From Nitrososphaerota archaeon (lineage in GTDB: Archaea; Thermoproteota; EX4484-205; JAAOZP01), in contig JAAOZP010000011.1 in assembly GCA_011605725.1 (NCBI GenBank), positions 116,474-180,473 on the forward strand: a stretch of 64,000 nt of DNA, read 5' to 3'. Of the stretch, positions 10,671 to 18,262 are shown in pieces. The notes under the pieces were generated by a model. It saw only the letters and a list, made by a program, of their open reading frames with translations. It was not told the DNA's origin and searched no databases. Position 1 is the first letter of the stretch. The number at the start of each line of letters is the position of its first letter. Made by a program: the position numbers and the translations under genes.

Positions 10671-11735
10671 ATGTGCTACGAGAGAGGCCTTGCCGCTGTA
10701 AAACTGGAGGAGACAGATCGAGTGGCTCAAGTAGAGTTCATCTCTCACACGGGTTTTATCAGGAAAGTCTCAGGAATAGACCCTTTGAAACAGCCTGATG
10801 AAGCCCTTAGAAAAACCTATGATGCTCTCGACTTAGACATGATTTGGGCAACCTGGGACCCGGTGCACCCATGGGACATTCTTGGAAGAAATGGAGAATC
10901 CTTCAAGACTAGAGCCGACTCTTGGTCAGAAGCATATCCTACGACTTGGAGAACAGTTTTCAACGTTGAAACAGTTGAAGATGTGCTTGATTTCAACCCG
11001 ATGGAGGAGTGGAGAATACCAAGTAGGGAGGAACTTGTAACATTCTTCAGAAGAGAACATTCGGCGAAACAGGAGTTCTTCAGGAGTCAGTTGGTTCCAG
11101 GTGGGAAATACCAGACTTGTTTCATGTGGCTCATCATGACGTTCGGGTTGGAGTGGACGGTTAAAGCAGCATACCGCGACCCGAAAAGGTTTGAGAAACT
11201 CTTGGAAAGGTTCCACAGGATCTCGAGACTCGAGTTTGAAGCATGGGCCGAGACAGGTATTAAGGTTTTCATAAGCCATGATGACATATGTTCCACGAGG
11301 GGACCATTCTTTCCGCCTGAGTGGCTAAGGAAACACGTTTTCCCACGTTACGAAGAGCTCTGGAGCATTTTAAAGTCGAGAGGGATAAGAGTCCTCTTCT
11401 GCTCAGACGGCGACGTGACGATGATAGTTGACGACATTGCTAGGGCAGGGGCGGATGGGTTCATACTGGAGGAATGCAGCGACCTAGGAAAAATAGTTGA
11501 GAAATACGGCTCCAACAAGGTTATAGTCGGAGGCGTTGACATAGGCGTGCTGACCTACGGGAGTGTTAGAGACGTGGTTGAAGAGGTAAAGAGGTGTTTG
11601 AGAATAGCCGGTAAGTACCCAGGCTACTTCATAAACGTCTCCGGCTCAATTCCTGACAACGTTCCCATGGAGAACCTTAAGGCCTACTTCAAGGCCTGCA
11701 GAAAATACGGGAGAAGACCGGTTGAATTAGGGTGA
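10671..11735 (+). CDS. Uroporphyrinogen decarboxylase (UroD/MtaA-CmuA) superfamily protein
   Basis: ISHDDIC...GPFFPPEWLRKHVFP, FCSDGD, GGVD, GSVRDVVEEVKRCL, GYFINVSGSIPDNVPMEN. Confidence 0.85.
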   Translation: MCYERGLAAVKLEETDRVAQVEFISHTGFIRKVSGIDPLKQPDEALRKTYDALDLDMIWATWDPVHPWDILGRNGESFKTRADSWSEAYPTTWRTVFNVETVEDVLDFNPMEEWRIPSREELVTFFRREHSAKQEFFRSQLVPGGKYQTCFMWLIMTFGLEWTVKAAYRDPKRFEKLLERFHRISRLEFEAWAETGIKVFISHDDICSTRGPFFPPEWLRKHVFPRYEELWSILKSRGIRVLFCSDGDVTMIVDDIARAGADGFILEECSDLGKIVEKYGSNKVIVGGVDIGVLTYGSVRDVVEEVKRCLRIAGKYPGYFINVSGSIPDNVPMENLKAYFKACRKYGRRPVELG

Positions 11736-11846
11736 GTTTCGATCGGTTGAATACAAGGGTTTCTTAAAGCTGCACTTTCACGAAGGTTCTAACATACGTG
11801 TGAAAGAGCAAGTCTTAATAATCAGGAGGGTTCTTTTCAAAATGGT

Positions 11847-12242
11847 TTGAGAGACGAGGCTTTAAGATGGTTAAAGGAGGGGGTTTGGGACCTGGAGACA
11901 GCGAAGATACTGCATAACGCGGGACGATATAATGCAGCCGCTTACTATTCGCACCAGGCTGCTGAGAAGGCCGCTAAGGCCCTTCTCTACCTTGTTAACG
12001 AGGCTGCCTGGGGTCACAGCGTGAGAATACTGTTGGAAAGGTTTGCGGAGAAGAAGATGCTGATGGTCAACGAGCTTCTCCAATACGCTAGGGAGCTAGA
12101 CAGACATTACATACCTTCAAGATATCCTAATGCGCATCCTGCAGGAACACCTCATGAAGCATATGACGAGAAAACGTCTTTGAAAGCCGTCGAAGCCGCG
12201 GAACGTTTAATCAGCTTCGCGAAGAGATTCATCGAAACGTGA
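11847..12242 (+). CDS. HEPN domain protein (HEPN-MNT pair)
   Basis: AAYYSHQAAEKAAKA, GHSVRILL, LDRHYIPSRYPNAH. Confidence 0.9.
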   Translation: MRDEALRWLKEGVWDLETAKILHNAGRYNAAAYYSHQAAEKAAKALLYLVNEAAWGHSVRILLERFAEKKMLMVNELLQYARELDRHYIPSRYPNAHPAGTPHEAYDEKTSLKAVEAAERLISFAKRFIET

Positions 12243-12254
12243 GGATGCGTACTC

Positions 12255-12659
12255 TTGCACGGCGTTGAGGATGTTGTGAAAAAGCTGGCTTCAAGATACA
12301 GGCTTACAGCAGTAATACTCTTCGGCTCTCATGCCAGGGGAGACTGGGGGCCCTGGAGCGACTACGACCTGCTAATAATAGGTGATTTTGAGGAAAAATA
12401 TGTTGATAGAATAGGCGAGATTCTGGACCTCCTCTCAGACATAAGGATTCCTGTGGAACCGCACCCCTATACTCTTCAAGAGGCTTTGCAGATGCTGGGT
12501 GAGGGAAACCCGCTTATAGTTGACGCTATTGAGGAAGGCAGAGTGCTTTACAGGAGCGAGGACTACGATAGGCTGCTCGAAGCCTTCCGGAGGCTCAGGG
12601 AAAAAGGCATGCGGAGAAGCAACACATCTATAATTCTGCCTGAGACAGGGGACGCTTAG
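12255..12659 (+). CDS. Minimal nucleotidyltransferase (MNT)
   Basis: ILFGSHARGDWGPWSDYDLLII (GSx10DxD); directly downstream of the HEPN gene. Confidence 0.9.
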   Translation: MHGVEDVVKKLASRYRLTAVILFGSHARGDWGPWSDYDLLIIGDFEEKYVDRIGEILDLLSDIRIPVEPHPYTLQEALQMLGEGNPLIVDAIEEGRVLYRSEDYDRLLEAFRRLREKGMRRSNTSIILPETGDA

Positions 12660-12729
12660 CCGCTTCTAACGCGTGCTGGAAGTGCTTTCGAAGCAAACCG
12701 ATTCCAGTATGCTAAGAAGCGCGCTAGGC
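12654..12729 (+). other. Long imperfect hairpin directly after the MNT gene (possible terminator or structured RNA)
   Basis: Nested arms GCTTAGC/GCTAGGC, CGCTTCT/AGAAGCG, GCGTGCTGGAA/TTCCAGTATGC and inner TGCTT/AAGCA. The mismatches are G-U on the + strand. Confidence 0.5.
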
Positions 12730-12851
12730 AGCAATACGTGCTTGAAACATGTTTGAAAAACAGGTTAGCACGCGCATGAACACATGTTAGTAACATTTAG
12801 CATGGTCTCTCGCATGCATAATTAGTTTTTTTAAAAAAATAGGCTAAGGGG

Positions 12852-13079
12852 TTAGGCTGCTTCCAGGAGAGTTTCAGTGCTTCTAACTCCTTTCAAAGAT
12901 AGTATTTTTAAAGCTGTTTTCTTCAAACCCTTAACATCCTCAGCCTTGATGAAGATCACAACGTCGAATCTTCCGAATACTGGATAAGCATCCACAACAC
13001 CCTTAATCTTCAAAGCTGCCTGACAGATTTCCAGTGCAGCCGCGTAACCTGCTTTAACAAGCATAACTCCCCTAATCAT
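12852..13079 (-). CDS. Stand-alone Lrp/AsnC ligand-binding (RAM) domain protein
   Basis: 75 aa, GVVDAYPVFGRFDVVI...GVRSTETL, no HTH. Confidence 0.85.
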   Translation of the reverse strand: MIRGVMLVKAGYAAALEICQAALKIKGVVDAYPVFGRFDVVIFIKAEDVKGLKKTALKILSLKGVRSTETLLEAA

Positions 13080-13083
13080 GACT

Positions 13084-13311
13084 CTACACCTCCAGCGCTA
13101 TCAGCGTCTCTGTTGCAAGCACGCCCCTGATCCTGCTGATCCTCGACAAGAGTGACGCAAGCTCTTTGAAATCATTAACCTGCGCGTTCACAACAACATC
13201 AGTCCTCCCGAAAGTTGGGAAAACCGTTTTAACGCCCTTCATACCGTTTATTTTCATAGAAACATCCTTATGCTTCCCAGAACTAGTTTTAACCAGAATG
13301 CATGCTTTCAT
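13084..13311 (-). CDS. Stand-alone Lrp/AsnC ligand-binding (RAM) domain protein
   Basis: 75 aa, MKACILVK...GVKTVFPTFGRTDVVV...GVLATETLI. Confidence 0.85.
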   Translation of the reverse strand: MKACILVKTSSGKHKDVSMKINGMKGVKTVFPTFGRTDVVVNAQVNDFKELASLLSRISRIRGVLATETLIALEV

Positions 13312-13444
13312 TTCTACGCTTGTTTTAGGCCGGAGGTTTTATATATTCTTTTTCCCCTTCAAAAATAACCCCTACCTCTCGACATGCTTATTCCCGGTTG
13401 CCTTGCAACGCACGCTTGATAGGGAGGTCTGAACGTAATTGACA

Positions 13445-13588
13445 CTATATGAGTCCGAGGGTTATCTTCTTCTCCATACCCGTCTTGTCGAAATGCTTAT
13501 CTTGACTCGCTATCGCTTCAGCCCCCAGTTTCTTAGCTAGGTAATCTTTGTCACTATTATCGGAATCAAGATTTACGTAGCGCGCCAT
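13445..13588 (-). pseudogene. Internally deleted PIN/VapC-like remnant (47 aa)
   Basis: Manual translation gives MARYVNLDSDNSDKDYLAKKLGAEAIASQDKHFDKTGMEKKITLGLI. The tail resembles the PIN C-terminal pattern A..LG...I.S.D..FD. Confidence 0.45.
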
Positions 13589-13748
13589 GTTGCTTCATAC
13601 TTGGGTCCCAGAGAACCTTGAACATTTCTCAGGAAAGCCTAGAATCCTCCAGCTGAATCGCTTGACGGGGGAGTGTCCGCCTAACGATTATTTGAAAAGC
13701 CGAACAGGACTTGAGAAAGCCGGAAATAAGGGGTATTTAAGATGCTTT

Positions 13749-15083
13749 TTATACCCATCCCCTGGCCTTCATAGCTTCAACAACTCTTCTAACAGCAACA
13801 ACATAGGCAGCCGTTCTAGGGTCAATATTCTTATCCTTAAACTCCTTCAAGGCTTCAACAACCTCCCAGAAGGCTCTAGTCATCTTAGCGTCAAGCCTCC
13901 TGTAAACCTCCTCATAATCCCAATAATACCTTGAAAGATTCTGGACCCATTCGAAGTATGAGACAGTCACGCCACCAGCGTTAGCCAGGAAATCCGGGAC
14001 TACGAAAATCCCCTTACTATGGAGAATATCATCGGCCTCAGGTGTCGTCGGACCGTTCGCGAGCTCCAGAACCAGTTTAGCCTTAATCCTGCTAGCATTT
14101 TTTCCAGTTATCTGGTTTTCAAGAGCAGCCGGGATCAGAATGTCAACCGGAAGCTCCAAAACCTCTTCGCTACTAATCTTCATGGAAGACTCATAATTGA
14201 CAACACTCCCGGTTTCCGCCTTAACCCTGCTAACCCTGCTATAGGGTAGCCCGTCCTCGTTGAAAATTCCTCCCTTTGAATCGCTCACGGCAACAACCCT
14301 CACGTTTTTAAAAAGCCTCGTCGCCAGAAAATGCGCCAGCGAGCCAGCGTTACCATAGCCCTGAATCGCAACATTCACCACATCATCCCCGGGGGAAGCA
14401 TCAGGAATATTCGAAAGCACGTGAGGAGGCATGTAAAGCCTGGACTCGTCAACCATAAGACCGAGCTCGAGAAACCTGGCAGCCTCCCTCAAGACAAACA
14501 TGCCGCCTCTCGCAGTAGCATCCTCCCTACCCTTAGAACCCCCCGCGACAAGCAGCTTACCCGTAATAACCTCAGGCACATTATACCCAGTAATCACTGA
14601 AAACTCATCCATCATCCAAGTCATCACCTGAGGATCAGTATAAACATCCGGAGCAGGAATATCCTTCAACGGACCCAGAAAGCCAGCTAGAGCCCTAACA
14701 TAAGCCCTAGCAAGTCTTTCCTTCTCGCTTGCACTCAGCTTTTTCGGATCGCAGATAACTCCACCCTTCCCACCACCATAAGGTAAATTCAGAAGAGCAC
14801 ACTTCCAAGTCATCAAGGCAGCTAAGGCTTTAATTGCATCCAGGTTCTCATCGGGGTGCCATCTAATTCCACCCTTAGTTGGACCTAAAGCATCATTATA
14901 CTGAACACGGAAACCCGTGAAGATCCTGACTGTTCCATCATCCATTTTGACAGGCATGTTTACTATGAGCGTTCTAATCGGTTCCTTGAGTAACGCGAGC
15001 GTCGCCCCGTCGAGCCCCAGAATCTTGGCGCATTTATCGATTTGTTTCTGAATATTCTTGAAAGTGCTGTACTTCCCAGTCAT
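13749..15083 (-). CDS. gdhA: Glutamate dehydrogenase (Glu/Leu/Phe/Val dehydrogenase family)
   Basis: GPTKGGIRWHP, LPYGGGKGG, DIPAPDV, IQGYGNAG, ELANGPTT, PDFLANAGGVTVSYFEW. Confidence 0.95.
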   Translation of the reverse strand: MTGKYSTFKNIQKQIDKCAKILGLDGATLALLKEPIRTLIVNMPVKMDDGTVRIFTGFRVQYNDALGPTKGGIRWHPDENLDAIKALAALMTWKCALLNLPYGGGKGGVICDPKKLSASEKERLARAYVRALAGFLGPLKDIPAPDVYTDPQVMTWMMDEFSVITGYNVPEVITGKLLVAGGSKGREDATARGGMFVLREAARFLELGLMVDESRLYMPPHVLSNIPDASPGDDVVNVAIQGYGNAGSLAHFLATRLFKNVRVVAVSDSKGGIFNEDGLPYSRVSRVKAETGSVVNYESSMKISSEEVLELPVDILIPAALENQITGKNASRIKAKLVLELANGPTTPEADDILHSKGIFVVPDFLANAGGVTVSYFEWVQNLSRYYWDYEEVYRRLDAKMTRAFWEVVEALKEFKDKNIDPRTAAYVVAVRRVVEAMKARGWV

Positions 15084-15158
15084 GTCTTCTTCAGCTTATT
15101 AAGCATCTTTTAAATCTATATTCGTCTTTTTATTATAGAGCGCGCTAAGGTAAAAATG

Positions 15159-15284
15159 TATCGGAAAATTTTTCCAATGTATTCTCGCCCAGCATCTAGG
15201 GGTAGCATCTTTTGATAATGCCTTAAGAATAATTAAAGCGAAAAAGATAAAAATAGGATATTTTTTTCCGATAAACTTATATAG
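15159..15284. promoter_or_regulatory. Divergent gdh/glt control region with inverted repeats and NrpR-like boxes
   Basis: TATCGGAAAA (15159-15168) and TTTTCCGATA (15264-15273) form an inverted pair. GGAA-N5-TTCC at 15163-15175, GGAT-N6-TTCC at 15256-15269, TATA-like TTATATA at 15278-15284. Confidence 0.45.
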
Positions 15285-15315
15285 ATCCAATTTCTCAAGA
15301 CTGGGGTTCCGAGCG

Positions 15316-16728
15316 ATGAATACCGGTGTAAATAGGCTTAACTCCACATTCATGCGGTATCATATAGAAACTAGAGAGGCTCAATGGAGATTCAAGCTTC
15401 CTCCGAAGTTCAGGGTTAAGATATACAATAACTGCGTAAACGTCCAGGAATGCGTTCAAGCCTGCGTCTACAATGTTCACAGGGTCGGGGAAGACGGGAG
15501 GGTCGCGGAGCCTGTCGAAGAATTATGCCGGGGGTGCCACCGGTGCACGCTCTCATGTCCGAAGGGGGCAATATGCGTAGAATTGAACCCTGCATTTGAG
15601 AGGCTTGGAGACTCGTACTTTACACCCGAGAGAATTGAGAACATTTTCTTTGAGGCTGAGACAGGCAGGGTTCCAGTTTCAGGAGCAGGGTACGGTGGGG
15701 CTTTCAGCGGAAGAGGGTTTGACAGCTTTTGGTTTGACTTCTCGGAGATAGTTAGGCCTACTAGAGATGGTATACATGGCAGGGAGTATATTTCGACCTC
15801 TGTAGACTTAGGTAGGAAGCCGCACAACCTATTTTTCGACGACTCGGGCAACCTCGTTTCAAAGGTTCCGGAAAATATTGAGATTCCTATTCCAATCATT
15901 CTTGATGCCCCCCTATCCTCCTCTTCGAAAAGTAATCTTAATCTAGCTTTGGCAAAATCCGCCAGTATCCTCAATACTTTTGCAATAGTTAGTGCAGACG
16001 ATTATTCGGATGATTTATCCGACTATGGTTCCAACCTAATTCTAAGGATTGGTCCAAATGAAGCGAGGAAAGTTGCTGGGCTGATTAAAACATCCCCGAT
16101 CGTCGAGCTGGATTACGCGGATAATGCCCTGGATGAGAACAGAATTACAGATGATTTGAGGTTTGTGAGGAAGGTTAACCCCGCAGCATTGGTTTCAGCC
16201 AGATTCCTCGGTGAAGACAGCGTAACGGAAAAATCTGAGGCATCAGTTAAGGTTGGCGTCGACATGATACATCTCCATGTTGAAGACGAGACTGTGGTGC
16301 ATGATCCTGATGTTGTGAAGAGAATTATTCGGGGTACGCATACGCGTCTTGTCGAGAGAGGCATTAGAGACCAAGTTTCAATAGTTTTCAGCGGCGGGAT
16401 CGCTGAGGCCGCGCATGTTCCAAAATCAATAATTCTCGGAGCCGATGCTGTTGCAATAGGCCTTGCCTACGAGATTGCATTAGGATGCAAGGTCTGCCAC
16501 GGGAGCAAGCATGAAGCCGGTTGTCCATTGAAAGTTGAAGAAGGCGATGTGGAGCTTGCTTCCCAAAGGATTGTAAACCTTGTTGGGTCTTGGAGAGACC
16601 AGTTGCTGGAGGTCTTAGGAGGGATGGGCTTGCGGGAAGTTAGAAGGTTGAGAGGCGAGCTTGGAAGGGCAATTTTCTTTGAGGAGCTTGAGATGAAAAT
16701 ATTTGGTGATGAAGATGATTCAGAGTAG
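15316..16728 (+). CDS. Glutamate synthase-related FMN-barrel subunit with N-terminal 4Fe-4S ferredoxin domain (degenerate barrel)
   Basis: CVNVQECVQACV and CRGCHRCTLSCP ferredoxin motifs; SEIVRPTRDGIHGREYIST; FSGGIAEAAHVPKSIILGADAV; GCKVCH...CP. The start may be ATG 15352. Confidence 0.85.
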   Translation: MNTGVNRLNSTFMRYHIETREAQWRFKLPPKFRVKIYNNCVNVQECVQACVYNVHRVGEDGRVAEPVEELCRGCHRCTLSCPKGAICVELNPAFERLGDSYFTPERIENIFFEAETGRVPVSGAGYGGAFSGRGFDSFWFDFSEIVRPTRDGIHGREYISTSVDLGRKPHNLFFDDSGNLVSKVPENIEIPIPIILDAPLSSSSKSNLNLALAKSASILNTFAIVSADDYSDDLSDYGSNLILRIGPNEARKVAGLIKTSPIVELDYADNALDENRITDDLRFVRKVNPAALVSARFLGEDSVTEKSEASVKVGVDMIHLHVEDETVVHDPDVVKRIIRGTHTRLVERGIRDQVSIVFSGGIAEAAHVPKSIILGADAVAIGLAYEIALGCKVCHGSKHEAGCPLKVEEGDVELASQRIVNLVGSWRDQLLEVLGGMGLREVRRLRGELGRAIFFEELEMKIFGDEDDSE

Positions 16729-18262
16729 GCTGGCTTTTAAAGTTCCGGAAGTAAAGCCTGCAGTCTCAAAGGAGCCCTTCAGGATAGGGAAGTTCGAGGT
16801 GCTCTTAGATAGGTCTAAATGCACAGCCTGCGGTCTCTGTGCTCAAGTGTGCCCCACATACATAGGGTCAGCGATCGTCGAATACGAGGCGTTCAAAAAA
16901 CCCAGCGGTATCCTACGTGTAACGAACGCGAGGGCGATGTGCGAGGGCTTAGTTTGTCGGAAGTGTGTAGAATCATGCCCTACAAAGGCTTTAACGGTTA
17001 GGATTAACCCTCAATACCTTATTCTTGGAGATAAGCGTTGGACGGCAGACCTGATTCTTTCGACATGGGAGCAAGCAGAATCCGGAAAGCCTTCCGGAAG
17101 ATACGAGTATAGAGTGGGTGACTCGGGAGGGGGCTTCGACAAGATAAGATTCGATTTCGAGCTTGAGGAAGAAGTCAGTATTAATGAGATTTTTGAGGCA
17201 GAAGATCGCGATACTTCAATAGTCCTGAACCGGAGGAGGGATGGGAGGCCTGAGATAAGTATTCCTATCCCTGTTTACAGTGCAGACATGTCCTTCGGCT
17301 CAATAAGTCTGAGGGTTATGGTTGCGAGAGCAATTGCAGCCAAGGCTTGGAATACTTTCACGAGCACTGGTGAAGGAGGGTATCCTAATGAGCTTATACC
17401 ATTTAAAGACCATGTGATAACGCAGGTTGCTACCGGCCACTTTGGCGTAAACGCCGAGACTGTTAAGAGGGCCAGGATCGTCTGCTTGAAGTATGCTCAG
17501 GGGGCTAAGCCAGGTTTAGGAGGGCATCTTCTCGCTGACAAGGTTACTCCAAAGGTTGCGGAGATTAGGGAGGTCGTGCCTTACATAAGCCTTTTCTCTC
17601 CATTCCCATTCCACAACGTTTACTCTGTCGAGGACCACTACAGGCATGTCCAGCTGATCAAGGATATTAATCCCAAGGCACTGGTCTCCGTAAAGGTCTC
17701 CACCCCGATAGACGTTGACATGGTTGCCATAGGAAGCTACTATGCGGGAGCAAATATTCTTCAGGTAGATGGAGGCTTCGGTGGAACAGGGGCTGCTCCA
17801 GACATAGCAAAGAAGAATATTGCGATGCCTATTGAGTACGCTATTCCAATGGTTCATAACTATCTGGTCAGAGAAGGCGTTAGGGATGAGATGGTGATCA
17901 TGGCGAGCGGCGGGATAAGGACAGCTTTCGACGTAGCTAAGATAATCGCTCTTGGGGCTGACGGGGCAGTAATTGGTACAAGCGAGCTCGTAGCTCTTGG
18001 GTGTAAGAGATGTGGGAACTGCGAGAGGGGAAGAGGATGCCCATCGGGAATAGCTACCACTGACCCTGCTTTAAGCCTCTTAATTGATCCGGAGTGGGGG
18101 GCTCAAAGGATAATCAACATGTATTGCTCTTGGAAGAAGCAGTGGAACTATATTCTTTCAAAGCTTGGCTTAAGCAGCATTAGGGAGCTCCGTCCAAAGA
18201 ATGAGGTGAAGTTCAGAAAAGGTCGTTTCAACCACCTTGTTCACCTAGACCACTTAAGGTGA
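16703..18262 (+). CDS. Glutamate synthase FMN-binding subunit with N-terminal ferredoxin domain
   Basis: CTACGLCAQVCP; MSFGSIS, STGEGG, QVATGHFGV, KYAQGAKPGLGGHL, SGGIRT, GCKRCGNC...CPSGIATTDP. Likely start is ATG 16715 after GGTGA. Confidence 0.9.
   Translation: MVMKMIQSRLAFKVPEVKPAVSKEPFRIGKFEVLLDRSKCTACGLCAQVCPTYIGSAIVEYEAFKKPSGILRVTNARAMCEGLVCRKCVESCPTKALTVRINPQYLILGDKRWTADLILSTWEQAESGKPSGRYEYRVGDSGGGFDKIRFDFELEEEVSINEIFEAEDRDTSIVLNRRRDGRPEISIPIPVYSADMSFGSISLRVMVARAIAAKAWNTFTSTGEGGYPNELIPFKDHVITQVATGHFGVNAETVKRARIVCLKYAQGAKPGLGGHLLADKVTPKVAEIREVVPYISLFSPFPFHNVYSVEDHYRHVQLIKDINPKALVSVKVSTPIDVDMVAIGSYYAGANILQVDGGFGGTGAAPDIAKKNIAMPIEYAIPMVHNYLVREGVRDEMVIMASGGIRTAFDVAKIIALGADGAVIGTSELVALGCKRCGNCERGRGCPSGIATTDPALSLLIDPEWGAQRIINMYCSWKKQWNYILSKLGLSSIRELRPKNEVKFRKGRFNHLVHLDHLR

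Noticed and set aside
10671-11735. Calling the UroD-like genes hemE or mtaA
   Set aside because: They lack the HemE N-terminal RQAGR motif, most lack the full HxC...C zinc set, and there is no heme or corrinoid context. No gene symbol was assigned.
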